In this document: piece by piece, positions 49,340 to 59,472 of the stretch
Numbering within the stretch: the stretch's first letter is position 1
Layout of the letters: every line of letters begins with the position of its first letter
Made by a program: the position numbers and the translations under genes
NCBI GenBank assembly: GCA_944392775.1
Contig: CALXXV010000003.1
Span: 61,279 to 125,278, forward strand
Length of the DNA: 64,000 nucleotides
Direction of reading: 5' to 3'
Origin: an uncultured Alphaproteobacteria bacterium
GTDB lineage: Bacteria; Pseudomonadota; Alphaproteobacteria; Rs-D84
Notes under the pieces: generated by a model
Told to the model about the DNA's origin: nothing
Seen by the model: only the letters and a program-made list of their open reading frames with translations
Database searches by the model: none

Positions 49340-49545
49340 AATAGGGATTGAAGTTCGGGACTTAGAAACTCCCATCATTTATGCCCGATGCGAAAGCATC
49401 GTTTATACAAAAGATGCATTCGCATCGTTATCCCGGCAAACTGGTCGGGAAGCCGTTGGTTATACAACAGGGCTTGCCCAAAGACCAAACGGGGTCATCT
49501 GGCACAAGTGACGTTTCTAACTTCCCGACCGCCAATTTTTATTGG
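49340..49545 (+). ncRNA. Candidate structured non-coding RNA (about 200 nt), locally GC-rich, ending in an intrinsic terminator. Family not recognised
   Basis: Nested helices: GNRA hairpin CGATGC-GAAA-GCATCG; GATGC-ATTC-GCATC; 10-bp long-range pairing GGTCGGGAAG (49433-49442) with CTTCCCGACC (49511-49520). Terminator ACCGCCAA-TTTTTA-TTGGTGGT-TTTTC. Confidence 0.4.
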
Positions 49546-49559
49546 TGGTTTTTCTTTAC

Positions 49560-49660
49560 CTAGTGTTTCCGACTTTATTCCCAAACGGGTGGATGCGCAT
49601 GTCATATATTGAAAGCATGCGGGATTAGAAAAAGCTTTTCTGATTGTTTGAACATCCACC
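49560..49660 (+). promoter_or_regulatory. Structured leader upstream of the RgpF-like gene: 9-bp stem GGGTGGATG...CATCCACCC enclosing CGCATG...CATGCG
   Basis: Direct reading. Lies between the candidate RNA terminator and the start codon at 49689. Confidence 0.35.
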
Positions 49661-49688
49661 CCCAAAAGTAAAAAAGGCTAGGAAAAAA

Positions 49689-50588
49689 ATGTCAAAAAGA
49701 TTGTTTATATTTGCTGCATATGATAAAGATAGTATTATAGATGAAACATTATTTTATTATTTAAAAAAACTATCTGAACTTGGCGACATTATATTTACAA
49801 TGGATAATGATAATGTCAGCAAAAATGAATTAAATAAAATTGCAAAAATCCCAAACGTGTTAAGCGTAATGGCGAAAAGACATGGTGAATATGATTTTGG
49901 GTCTTATAAGCGCGGATATAGCTATGCAAAAAATCATAAAATTTTAAAGAACTATGATTTTATATATTTTGTAAATGACTCTGTATACGGTCCATTATTT
50001 GATTTAAAACCAGTGTTGGAAAAAATGGAATCTGAAAACGCGGGTAACGCATGGGGAATGATGGGGCTTCATAACACCGAAAAAGAACAATACGGTTATC
50101 CTGACCATGTACAATCTTGGTTTGTCGGAATTGCAGGAAAAATTTGCCAAGAATCTTGGTTCGATGAATTTATGAGTAATATAAAACATCAAGATTCAAA
50201 AGAACAAGTTGTTTGGAAATATGAAATAGGTTTAAGTCAATTACTAATGGAACATAACATACAAATAGGAAGACTTGAAGAAAAAATATGCGGTTTAAAA
50301 ATTTATAATGGTCCTATTAAAGGTATACCCTTCTTAAAAAAATTATCAATTCACAATATTCCGAAAACAAAAAATTTATTAAAAATAATCCCACAAGATT
50401 TACAAAATGCTTTTATGGGAAGTATTACTCGATTAGAACTACATAAATCGCCCTATACGACTATTTGGAAAATAAAATTATTTAATAAGATTACAATATT
50501 AATGTTTGAATGTAAAAGAGATAAAAGCGAATATATATTATGGTTATTTAAATTGTTCCCCATAAAATATTTGTGTTACAAAAAATAA
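49689..50588 (+). CDS. RgpF-like (rhamnan synthesis protein F family) polysaccharide biosynthesis protein
   Basis: Family-like sequence. Start adjusted to MSKRLFIF with RBS. Confidence 0.5.
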   Translation: MSKRLFIFAAYDKDSIIDETLFYYLKKLSELGDIIFTMDNDNVSKNELNKIAKIPNVLSVMAKRHGEYDFGSYKRGYSYAKNHKILKNYDFIYFVNDSVYGPLFDLKPVLEKMESENAGNAWGMMGLHNTEKEQYGYPDHVQSWFVGIAGKICQESWFDEFMSNIKHQDSKEQVVWKYEIGLSQLLMEHNIQIGRLEEKICGLKIYNGPIKGIPFLKKLSIHNIPKTKNLLKIIPQDLQNAFMGSITRLELHKSPYTTIWKIKLFNKITILMFECKRDKSEYILWLFKLFPIKYLCYKK

Positions 50589-50631
50589 TATTTACACTAT
50601 TACAAACTATATATAATAAGCCGAATAAAAC

Positions 50632-51804
50632 ATGATAAAAATTATTGAAAACTTAAATTTCCTAAAAAAACTTTCTAAATGGGTTGACGATTTAAAACAA
50701 AACAAATCTTTATTTATACCTATTACAGATAAGCCCTATATATTTACGAAACATAGTCCTAAAATATTCGCATATTATTTACCTCAATTTCATAGCATAA
50801 AAGAAAACGATGAGGCTTATGGAAAAGGTTTTACAGAATGGACAAATGTAGCGAATTGTATACCCCAATTTTATGGACATTATCAACCTAAAATTCCCTA
50901 TGATGTAGGTTTTTATGATTTAAGCCATGTAGACGTAATGTACAGACAAGCAGAACTAGCAAAAATGTATGGAATTTATGGTTTTTGTTTTTATTATTAT
51001 TGGTTTTCCGGGAAACGTTTATTGTATAAGCCTTTAGAAAACTTTCTGAAATCTAACATTGATCTTCATTTTCATTTTTGTTGGGCAAATGAAAACTGGT
51101 CAAAATTATGGGACGGCGGAGATAAAGAAGTATTCTTAAAACAAGAAATAAAAGAAGAAGATGCCAAACATTTTTTTCAAGATATATTACCCTTTATTAA
51201 AGATAAACGTTATGAAAAAATAGATAACAAACCAATTCTTATGATATATAACCCGACCATTTTTAATAAAGATATATTAAAATCTTTTTTATCTGAATTA
51301 ACATACCTATCAAAAAAAGCGGGGTTCAATGGCTTTTATTTTACCGCTAGCGATTTTAAAAAATTTAATCAACCAACCGAATGGGGATTTGATGCCATTA
51401 CAGAATTTCCGCCTCATACAATATCAGAGCTACATAAAGTTCATAAAAAATTTTTATCAAAAAACGCAAATTTCAATGTTATAAACATTGATAACTATAT
51501 AAAAAATAAAAAATTTTTATACTCGACGGATCATACCGTTTTTAAAGCATGTTTCCCCTCATGGGATAATACCCCAAGAAAAACCTATACACAAGGTTGG
51601 TCAATAGAATTTTCTGATATTCTATTTGAAAAATGGTTAGATGAAATAATAAAATGGACAAAAGAAAATAATGATTCTAATAAACAATATATCTATATAA
51701 ATGCATGGAACGAATGGGGCGAAGGTGCCATGCTAGAACCAGATATAAGATATGGTTATAAAAATTTAAATATTGTAAAAAAATGTTTAGAAAAAACCGG
51801 GTAA
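50632..51804 (+). CDS. WbsX-like glycosyltransferase/glycoside-hydrolase-fold protein (LPS/O-antigen associated)
   Basis: KIFAYYLPQFH...GFTEW...YGFCFYYYWF motif pattern. Confidence 0.5.
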   Translation: MIKIIENLNFLKKLSKWVDDLKQNKSLFIPITDKPYIFTKHSPKIFAYYLPQFHSIKENDEAYGKGFTEWTNVANCIPQFYGHYQPKIPYDVGFYDLSHVDVMYRQAELAKMYGIYGFCFYYYWFSGKRLLYKPLENFLKSNIDLHFHFCWANENWSKLWDGGDKEVFLKQEIKEEDAKHFFQDILPFIKDKRYEKIDNKPILMIYNPTIFNKDILKSFLSELTYLSKKAGFNGFYFTASDFKKFNQPTEWGFDAITEFPPHTISELHKVHKKFLSKNANFNVINIDNYIKNKKFLYSTDHTVFKACFPSWDNTPRKTYTQGWSIEFSDILFEKWLDEIIKWTKENNDSNKQYIYINAWNEWGEGAMLEPDIRYGYKNLNIVKKCLEKTG

Positions 51805-51830
51805 CCCCGGTTTTTATGCACCGAAACATT
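51805..51830. terminator. Bidirectional terminator AAAAACCGGG-TAAC-CCCGGTTTTT
   Basis: Between convergent genes. Confidence 0.65.
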
Positions 51831-52275
51831 TATCTATGTACACGTTTGATACACCACTTCCTTTAATAACACTTCCCTTTTTTACCATAACATAAGTACT
51901 TTTATTTATATATGAAGAACCACTTTGTTCTGAAAAAACCAGAACATCATCAACATACAAAAAAAGATTTGAATTATTTTGTATAAATGTTGCAAAACAA
52001 TAACCATTATAGGGCATTGTATAAGGCAACGTTACTTGTTTTCTGCTAGAGGTATCAGGCATCAATAATTCCATTATGCAATCTTTTTGAACAGCTGATA
52101 GATTCGATAAATCTAAAATTTCGCTTTTCTTCGCTAATACTGTTCCCCCAACCGTTTCTCCGTCATGAACACGAAGGGTTTTGTTCGTAGTATCCATAGT
52201 AACTTCACCTATAACCCCAGTAAAATTTTCGTGTTCTACAGAAGTTCCCCTACGTATTTGTATTTGTCTGGACAT
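51814..52275 (-). CDS. Phage tail-fibre-like protein, Mtd_N-type N-terminal domain. Paralog of 29191-29763
   Basis: MSRQIQIRRGTSVEHENFTGVIGEVTMDTTNKTLRVHDGETVGG. Confidence 0.55.
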   Translation of the reverse strand: MSRQIQIRRGTSVEHENFTGVIGEVTMDTTNKTLRVHDGETVGGTVLAKKSEILDLSNLSAVQKDCIMELLMPDTSSRKQVTLPYTMPYNGYCFATFIQNNSNLFLYVDDVLVFSEQSGSSYINKSTYVMVKKGSVIKGSGVSNVYIDKCFGA

Positions 52276-52345
52276 TTTTTCTCCTTTTTTTTAGTCCAGC
52301 TTTCTGATCGTTTGAATTCTTTCATTTCTGTGCTATGATACTGCC

Positions 52346-52687
52346 ATGAATTCTTATAAAACTGGTTTATTTGCCGAATTCGTTACGTGCATCTATCTGC
52401 GCCTGCACGGGTTTAAAATACTAAAAAGACGATACATAACAGGAAAATTTACAGGGCGCGCAGAAATTGATATTATCGCAAAAAAAAATAACCTTATCAT
52501 TTTCGTAGAAGTAAAAAAAAGACCCGATATTATTACGGGGCTTGATGCAATATCACAAAAACAAATTTATCGCTTACGAAATGCCGCCGAAACATACATA
52601 ATCCAAAATAAATGGACGGGAAACGCCAGATTTGACGTAATCGTCGTTACCCCTTTTAAAATCAAGTGGTTTAAGGGGGTTATATAA
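52346..52687 (+). CDS. YraN/UPF0102-family endonuclease-like protein
   Basis: RGE.DII..K.NLIIFVEVKKR pattern. Confidence 0.55.
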   Translation: MNSYKTGLFAEFVTCIYLRLHGFKILKRRYITGKFTGRAEIDIIAKKNNLIIFVEVKKRPDIITGLDAISQKQIYRLRNAAETYIIQNKWTGNARFDVIVVTPFKIKWFKGVI

Positions 52688-52751
52688 ACTTGAAAAAAGG
52701 CTTTAATTCCTTTATAATAAACTTACGCGTTCTATAGAAAAGGAGTAAATC

Positions 52752-52901
52752 ATGAAAAAAGTTATGTTGGCGCTATTTGCTGTTTTAACATTGGCCGCTT
52801 GCACAGGATCTTATAAACAAGGCAACTGCGAATATGATTTCTTATTACACAAAGATATTTCTATTTCTAAACTTATAGGTAATGCAACAGGTGGTTGCTA
52901 G
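52752..52901 (+). CDS. Small lipoprotein (49 aa), absent from the ORF track
   Basis: Strong RBS AAAGGAGTAAATC-ATG. MKKVMLALFAVLTLAACTGSYKQGNCEY... Confidence 0.5.
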   Translation: MKKVMLALFAVLTLAACTGSYKQGNCEYDFLLHKDISISKLIGNATGGC

Positions 52902-52911
52902 GTAAAAGATT

Positions 52912-52940
52912 TTAAATCCCGCATAAACGCGGGATTTTCT
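52912..52940. terminator. Terminator AAATCCCGC-ATAAAC-GCGGGATTTT (bidirectional)
   Basis: GC hairpin flanked by A/T runs. Confidence 0.6.
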
Positions 52941-53198
52941 TTATTTTATAACGGCGGTTTTTATTAAAGCGACATCATCTTTTATTCCGTCTAGTTTTAT
53001 TTGCAATTGTCCTATACCAGTTTCTAATATAGTTACTCGATTCTCTAATGTTGTTATTCTGTGATCTGCCCGTTCTAAATCTGCCAGTGAAGAATCTTGA
53101 CGAGCAACCCAATATATCATTCCAGCAACGAAAGCTATCAAAAACCAACTATCCCTTAAAAAATCTATGATGCTCGTCGCTCCTGGTTGCATGGACAT
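52941..53198 (-). CDS. Small single-TM protein with a coiled-coil tail (holin/spanin-like?), at the end of the phage module
   Basis: TM WFLIAFVAGMIYWV followed by heptad-like sequence. Confidence 0.35.
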   Translation of the reverse strand: MSMQPGATSIIDFLRDSWFLIAFVAGMIYWVARQDSSLADLERADHRITTLENRVTILETGIGQLQIKLDGIKDDVALIKTAVIK

Positions 53199-53389
53199 TA
53201 TTTTCCACGCTCTATCAGATTTTCAATCTGATGAACTAAGGCGCGTTGCGCCTCTAGGCCACGTAATTCTGAATCACTGGCATTTGGCCCAAGAACTCTT
53301 TCTATCGTTATTTTTCGCAGATGCGCCAATACCGCCATACCGGCAGCGGTAGAAAACGCTCTGACATAATTTTGTTCTATTTCTTTCAT
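53198..53389 (-). CDS. Small hypothetical phage-module protein
   Basis: ORF only. Confidence 0.3.
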   Translation of the reverse strand: MKEIEQNYVRAFSTAAGMAVLAHLRKITIERVLGPNASDSELRGLEAQRALVHQIENLIERGK

Positions 53390-53402
53390 TTTTTATTCCT
53401 TT

Positions 53403-54626
53403 TTATAATAATGTTTCTTCTAATGCCATTTTGGCAATCGGGGCAATATATTTTAATTCTGCATCACTATGCAAAGATATTTTATCTATCACACCTCGAC
53501 GTGACAAAATTTGTAAACCGCGTTCACATAACGGTCTTATAAATTCGTGCAATAATCTACCATATGTTGCCCCAAGAATTCTCATCATATCGGCATTACG
53601 CGCCATTATTTCGGTTGCGGTCATTTCTTTTTCTGACAGTAACCCTAATCTATCTGCTAATAACGCATGTCTTATTCTTTCACGCAAATCTTTTAAAACT
53701 ATCTGAGATACATCAAAATCCGCCCCAGAAGATAACGGCGTCAAACCCGAGCTTCCAACTGCTTTTGGAATTATTGCCCCCGGTGTTAAATTTATATTAG
53801 ATAAATTTATAACCCCATCATCATCAGCTTGCCAAATACCAGATACCGCTATTGTTGCATTCTTTAAAACTAGTTCTACTACTTTATTCGCTGTTTTTAT
53901 GTCAGGTAATGCACGCAATACGGGACCTCTTCCATAAAGTTCACCACTGGCAACAGACCAACGGAAAATTAAATACGGGTTAGTTTCGAAAGTCCCCTTG
54001 GATACAATGTTATTTTCTATTTCCCCACCAACGTCTAGCCATGCTGTAAATTCTGTACCAACTAGACTTTGAACCAATCTTAAAGGATAGTCTGGATCTT
54101 TTTTTATAACATCTCTTATATCTAATGGTGGGGTCCAAGACGGGTATTTTTCTATAACTTCTTTGGCCGGCATAGAGGTTGTATGAAATATAGCGTTGGG
54201 TAATATCGCAATATCTCTCATTGGAATCGCAGTAAATGAAAACGCAGAATCTGCACCGATTGGATTTTCAGCCATAAACAAACAGGCAGTTCCCAGAATT
54301 ACTAAATCAAGATAACATTGATGTATTGTCGTATAAAAGTTAGAATCATTTAAATTGGCACGTAATGCGTTTGTTGCATTTATTGCATTTGGAGACTCTT
54401 CACTTTCTGGAATCAAAGAAATCCATAAAGATTCAGGTGGCGTCAATAAAGAATACATCGATGCAGCTAGATTATCAACCGCATCGGCGGCAGTCGCGTC
54501 AAATAACATAGCAACTTCATCGTCTGCCGTAGGCATTGTATAACGTAGCGCGCTGTCCCATCTATTTAACCATGGAGCACGTAAATCGAGTGCTCTACGA
54601 TACATTTGTTGTAAATTATTTTGCAT
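53403..54626 (-). CDS. Putative phage portal (head-to-tail connector) protein
   Basis: About 400 aa, immediately downstream of the terminase nuclease half. Start adjusted to MQNNLQQMYRR. Confidence 0.45.
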   Translation of the reverse strand: MQNNLQQMYRRALDLRAPWLNRWDSALRYTMPTADDEVAMLFDATAADAVDNLAASMYSLLTPPESLWISLIPESEESPNAINATNALRANLNDSNFYTTIHQCYLDLVILGTACLFMAENPIGADSAFSFTAIPMRDIAILPNAIFHTTSMPAKEVIEKYPSWTPPLDIRDVIKKDPDYPLRLVQSLVGTEFTAWLDVGGEIENNIVSKGTFETNPYLIFRWSVASGELYGRGPVLRALPDIKTANKVVELVLKNATIAVSGIWQADDDGVINLSNINLTPGAIIPKAVGSSGLTPLSSGADFDVSQIVLKDLRERIRHALLADRLGLLSEKEMTATEIMARNADMMRILGATYGRLLHEFIRPLCERGLQILSRRGVIDKISLHSDAELKYIAPIAKMALEETLL

Positions 54627-54643
54627 TTTTGCTCCTTTTTTTA

Positions 54644-55507
54644 TTACAACGTAAAATCCGTATTTGCGGTAAAAGGTTTTATTATGTGTCCCTGCGGACG
54701 AACTGGCATTGGTAACGCACATATAGCACCTGCAACTGCATCTAAACCATCATCATGACCGGTATTGCCTATAGGTGACCACCCAAGCATTTCTGACAAT
54801 AAAGGAGTACTTTGAACGCGTCTATGTGCATGAAGACGCCCTGTGGTCAAGACAGGTTCAATAGAATCTAAGATTCTTGTTTCCTTTTTTTCATGATTTA
54901 GTATTTTTTGAACTTGTAAGCTTATACCACGACGTTGTGTTATATTTCTCATTATTTCTGGTAATGCATTACCCATACCATTTGTTTCTATATAAATTTT
55001 ATGCAATGAATATTTTGATAAGAAATCAAGAACCATTTCGCACTGACTTGCTAATGGATACATATCTTCATCTGATACCAATAAATATTTAACATCATGT
55101 ATAAAAAAATGTTTATTTTTATCATCCCTGTAAATCAAAACGCATACACTACCATCTGATTTTTTTCGTCCGGACGAAGGGTCCCAGTATGCAGTTACAC
55201 CAGTAATTAAAACATCACCTATCTTTGCCGTTCTGGAATCAAATTCACTTTCATATAAATGTAAAGAATCGGGATCTAATCTTGCCCTATCTGGAGCTAC
55301 AAATTGTAACATCATTTGAGCAGAAAAATATCGTGCCCCGACAACATTTCGTAATTCGTCTATTTTCTGCATAGAAAATACTTCGGGCCACGCAGGGTTT
55401 CCCATTTCATCAACTATAGGTATTTTTAATTCACGATAACCACGTAAAAAAGGCGTTGAAAAAACAAAATTTTTATATACTATATCTGACATGGACTTTA
55501 CTCCCAA
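54644..55507 (-). pseudogene. Large terminase subunit, C-terminal nuclease-domain fragment (second half of the split gene)
   Basis: RNase-H-like nuclease region with acidic residues. In-order continuation of the ATPase fragment at 58822-59472. Confidence 0.55.
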
Positions 55508-57044
55508 AACTTTGCCGACAAATCTAGAGGCCGAACAAGCGGTTTTGGCTGCAGTTCTTATGAATAACCGAGCATTAGAACGTGTTTCTGAATTTCTAAG
55601 GCCCGAACACTTTTCTCATCCAGCGCACCAAGAAATTTATAAGCTTGCAGAAAGACAATTCTCTGCGGGCGTACCTTTTGATATAATCACAGCAAAAAAT
55701 TATTTAGACCAACAAGGTGTTCTTGAATCTGTCGGGGGAATAGATTATCTAACCCAATTATCAAGCGCAGGTGCAACTGTTGTAAACGTTGAACAATATG
55801 GTCGAATAGTTTACGAAAACGCACTAAGACGTGATCTTATAAATCTTGGGCAATCAATTACAGATGCCGCTTTTGTCGAGGATCTTGATAATCCTGTATC
55901 TGCACAAATAGAAACTGCTGAACAAAAACTTTTTGAAATGGCGTCTGCCGGTGTTTCTGAACGTGAAGTTACTTCGATTGCAACAGCTTTGCAAGGGGCT
56001 TTACAAGAAGCAGAAATTGCATATAAAGCAGATGGCAAACTATCGGGTTTAACAACAGGGTTAACAGCTTTGGATAAATCAATAAGCGGGTTACACCATT
56101 CCGATTTAATAATCATTGCAGGACGTCCTGCAATGGGTAAAACAACATTAGCAATGAATATTGCTTTTAACGCTGCAAACGCAATTTTATATGGCAGGGC
56201 TAATGAAAAATATAAAGGTGCTGTCGCATTTTTTAGCTTAGAAATGTCTTCTTCTCAACTTGCTGCACGAGTACTATCTTCTCAATCAAAAATACCCGCA
56301 TCTGCCATGCGTGAAGGAAATCTAACAGATGAAGATTTTCTTAAAATGTCACAGTATTCCGCAGCGATCGGTCGTGTACCTTTATATATAGATGATACAC
56401 CGGGTATGTCCGTACCAATGATGAGAACACGCGCAAGACGTCTGGCTAGAAAATGCGGAGGAATCGCATTAATAGTAATTGACTATCTACAGCTTATGAC
56501 GTCACCCGGGGGTAAACGTAGCGATAACCGTGTACAAGAAATCTCTGAAATAACACGCGGTTTAAAAATGTTAGCAAAAGAACTAGACGTTCCTGTAATT
56601 GCCCTGTCACAATTGTCGCGTAGCGTAGAATCTCGCGATGATAAAAGGCCACAATTAGCGGATCTTCGTGAATCCGGATCTATTGAACAAGATGCTGACA
56701 TTGTCATGTTCGCTTACCGAGAAGAATATTATCTAGAAAACAGAGATCCTTCACAAAGAATTTCTGGTAATACAAACGATAAAATAATTGAAAGTTATCA
56801 AAAGCGTTTAGAACGTGCACGTGGCAAAGCAGATGTCATTATTGGCAAAAATCGACATGGACGTCCAGAAACAGTTCATTTAGCTTTCTTTGGTGATTAT
56901 AGTTTATTTGATAATCTAGACGAAATGGCAAATCGTATGAACGAAGAATTTATAAACACAAATACATCATTACAAACAGAGCTATCAACGTCAGATAATC
57001 AGATTATTAATGCAGACGAAATTCCAGACGATATGCCACTGTAA
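55491..57044 (+). CDS. dnaB: Replicative DNA helicase DnaB-family protein
   Basis: N-terminal domain LEAEQAVLAAVLMNN, Walker A GRPAMGKTTLAMN, SLEMS, QLSRSVE motifs. Confidence 0.8.
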   Translation: MDFTPKTLPTNLEAEQAVLAAVLMNNRALERVSEFLRPEHFSHPAHQEIYKLAERQFSAGVPFDIITAKNYLDQQGVLESVGGIDYLTQLSSAGATVVNVEQYGRIVYENALRRDLINLGQSITDAAFVEDLDNPVSAQIETAEQKLFEMASAGVSEREVTSIATALQGALQEAEIAYKADGKLSGLTTGLTALDKSISGLHHSDLIIIAGRPAMGKTTLAMNIAFNAANAILYGRANEKYKGAVAFFSLEMSSSQLAARVLSSQSKIPASAMREGNLTDEDFLKMSQYSAAIGRVPLYIDDTPGMSVPMMRTRARRLARKCGGIALIVIDYLQLMTSPGGKRSDNRVQEISEITRGLKMLAKELDVPVIALSQLSRSVESRDDKRPQLADLRESGSIEQDADIVMFAYREEYYLENRDPSQRISGNTNDKIIESYQKRLERARGKADVIIGKNRHGRPETVHLAFFGDYSLFDNLDEMANRMNEEFINTNTSLQTELSTSDNQIINADEIPDDMPL

Positions 57045-57114
57045 AATAATTTTATGCTTGCCAACCATATAAAAATTGACTAATATTTTGTCAAGAATCC
57101 AAGGAGTTTTTACT

Positions 57115-58122
57115 ATGGCGCAAGAAGAAATAATTTTCCCTAATAATATAAGAAACATCCGTCTAGCAAATGGGATGAAAATGACCGATCTGGCGCGTCA
57201 GGCAAACTTATCTTTATCAGCAGTTTCAAAAATTGAAAAGGGTGTACGCCGGTTAAATCAAAAACAGCTTTTAAACATTTGTAATATCCTTGGTTGTAAA
57301 TTATCTGACATATTCATCAAAGAATCTGATGAAGTCGCAAATAAATGGCAGGAAGAAATAAAACGCCGTATGAACGACAACGAAGACAGCGGATTAAAGA
57401 TATTCGGCAGTGGCCTTCGTAAAATTAGACAACAAGCCGGAAAAACAATTGCTCAGGCAGCAAAAGATGCCGGTATGACACTATCTGTTTATCATAAAAT
57501 AGAAGTAGGACAACGAGAAATATATCAAAATGAAATCGAACCATTAGCAAAATCTTTTGCGCTTAGCGTTGAAACTTTATTTGATAAAATTGCCAATCTG
57601 TATAAATCTGGCGAATTAAACAAACAAATAAATAAAGTTAAAGAACGCGTAAAATCTGTGTTGATTCCAGGTAACCCTTTGTCTGGTATTGATGTACACA
57701 GTAGCTTATATGGTGCAAAATTATACGATAGTGCCAGGAAAAAATTAGTTCCTGTGTTTGGTATGCCTTCTGGTAAATCAATTTCTTTCAAAAAGTCAGA
57801 CGAAACCATGATTGTAGCACCAATGCCTTTAGAAGGTAGAAAAGGCATATATGCAATTGTCCCTAATTCTAAACGTACAAATGGTTTTATTCCCGAAAAA
57901 TCTTATGTTTTTGCAGATGCGGACACGCCAGCAACAGTAGGCGATTTGGCTATATCAATTGATGCAGATTTTGAGTCAATGGATGCCGGTGATACAGCAA
58001 TTGCTAATATAGTTACCGTACGCCAAGATTCCAAAGGTAAAATTTACGGTCAAATATCTTCCCCAGAAGAAAAAATTATCGGCAAAACATTACATAAAGT
58101 AGTAATGATTGTAACGGAATAA
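57115..58122 (+). CDS. Tandem XRE-type HTH transcriptional regulator with a C-terminal CI/LexA-like (possible degenerate S24) domain
   Basis: Two HTH_XRE-like segments, then ...DFESMDAGDTAI...KGK. Start at MAQEE with RBS AAGGAG. Confidence 0.5.
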   Translation: MAQEEIIFPNNIRNIRLANGMKMTDLARQANLSLSAVSKIEKGVRRLNQKQLLNICNILGCKLSDIFIKESDEVANKWQEEIKRRMNDNEDSGLKIFGSGLRKIRQQAGKTIAQAAKDAGMTLSVYHKIEVGQREIYQNEIEPLAKSFALSVETLFDKIANLYKSGELNKQINKVKERVKSVLIPGNPLSGIDVHSSLYGAKLYDSARKKLVPVFGMPSGKSISFKKSDETMIVAPMPLEGRKGIYAIVPNSKRTNGFIPEKSYVFADADTPATVGDLAISIDADFESMDAGDTAIANIVTVRQDSKGKIYGQISSPEEKIIGKTLHKVVMIVTE

Positions 58123-58144
58123 ACCCATTAAATCGGAGGGAAAA

Positions 58145-58825
58145 ATGAAAACAAAAATCAATACAACAGCGCAAAAGTTATTAAACTTATACCGTCAAGA
58201 ACATGTTATATTCGGCGGTTGGGCTGCTGTGAACGAAGTTTTCATAAACGAAGCCACACCAGAAGTATTAAAAGCCTTAAAAGAACTTCCCACAGGTAAA
58301 AATTTAGTTCATCACATAGAAAACCTACGTAGCGGGAAAACCCCTATGAATACCATTGAACGTGAGTTATTGCCTTATGGTGGTATGATGGCAGAAACGA
58401 TCGCAACCATACCTTTAACACAATCAGAATGGGAAGAATTGCAAAATGGTATAAACAATTTCACTCCGGATGAAGACGGGTTGAACAGGTTACAACAATT
58501 ATCCGTAATAAAAAAATTCGGTGACCAATGGTTAGTTGCTATACGTTCTGCAATATCAGAAAAACCAGATCTTATGGAAAAGTGGTCTATTATTACAAAA
58601 ACATATCGAGCATATTATTTGTGGAAAGTTGCTAGTGATATGTTAAATCAACCGCTGTCAGAACGTGCACGTGCTCAATTACAAGCAGATATGCCAGAAT
58701 ATGAAACATACCTGCCCATGTTCGGGGAAGCAGGCGTTGCATTATTAGAAAAATTACGTTCTTTCATTACTACGATGAAACCCTTAGATACAGATAACGC
58801 ACCAGATACTCCAACATCTATTTAA
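58145..58825 (+). CDS. Hypothetical protein
   Basis: ORF with RBS GGAGGG. Confidence 0.4.
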   Translation: MKTKINTTAQKLLNLYRQEHVIFGGWAAVNEVFINEATPEVLKALKELPTGKNLVHHIENLRSGKTPMNTIERELLPYGGMMAETIATIPLTQSEWEELQNGINNFTPDEDGLNRLQQLSVIKKFGDQWLVAIRSAISEKPDLMEKWSIITKTYRAYYLWKVASDMLNQPLSERARAQLQADMPEYETYLPMFGEAGVALLEKLRSFITTMKPLDTDNAPDTPTSI

Positions 58826-59472
58826 TCATCTTCTTGCGTTCTATAAATTGTATCCATTGTATGTGGCGTACCAATATAGATCATGGCCCCTGAAGGAGAA
58901 AGAATAAAATCTAATTCTCTCAGTTTTTCTCGTAAACTATCTCTCTTTTGGGCTGTATTACAAGTATTCGGGACCTCTACATCATCACAAATTATTAAAT
59001 CCGCCCGCATGCCTGTTATATTTCCATGAACACCTTGGCATATAACCGAAGGTTCCCTAATACCTATAGGCCGATTTACTGTAATCCTACCTTGCGCCCA
59101 TTCTTTTTTTGTTTGTGGAATCAAGTTGGAACATTTCGGATGATTTTCCAACACATGTCTTATATGAGAAACCATTCTTGAAGCCAAACCACTTTCAGCA
59201 GAAAGTATCAATATTCTAGTTTCTGGTCTAAGATATAATACGCATGCAGCAAATATACCAACAACAGTTGACTTTCCAGAATGTCTGAAAGACATCAAAA
59301 GCCCACGTTTTGGTTCAGTTGTCCAAACAGATACAAGAAAATCCATTATTGTTTTATGATGCAAAGGTGTAGAAAAGCCTAATAATTCATTCCATTCATC
59401 TAAAAAATTATAAAATTCCGTAATCATCACGAGTTTCATTCGGTGCAAGCTCGGTAATACTGCCATAATCAT
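58822..59472 (-). pseudogene. Large terminase subunit, N-terminal ATPase-domain fragment (first half of the split gene)
   Basis: Walker A FRHSGKST, Walker B LIICDDVE, motif III-like IGTPHT. Confidence 0.55.

Noticed and set aside
49340-49545. Assignment of the structured element to RNase P RNA, SRP/4.5S RNA, 6S RNA or tmRNA
   Set aside because: Hallmark motifs that can be checked by eye are absent: GGAAAGTCCGG for RNase P, GGAAGCAGCC for SRP, a tag-peptide ORF ending ...GCN GCN TAA for tmRNA. Left as unclassified
54626-54722. Extended portal ORF start at 54722 overlapping the terminase fragment by 79 nt
   Set aside because: The N-terminal 32 residues are unlikely to be coding. The internal Met (MQNNLQQMYRR) at 54626 gives a compact gene junction
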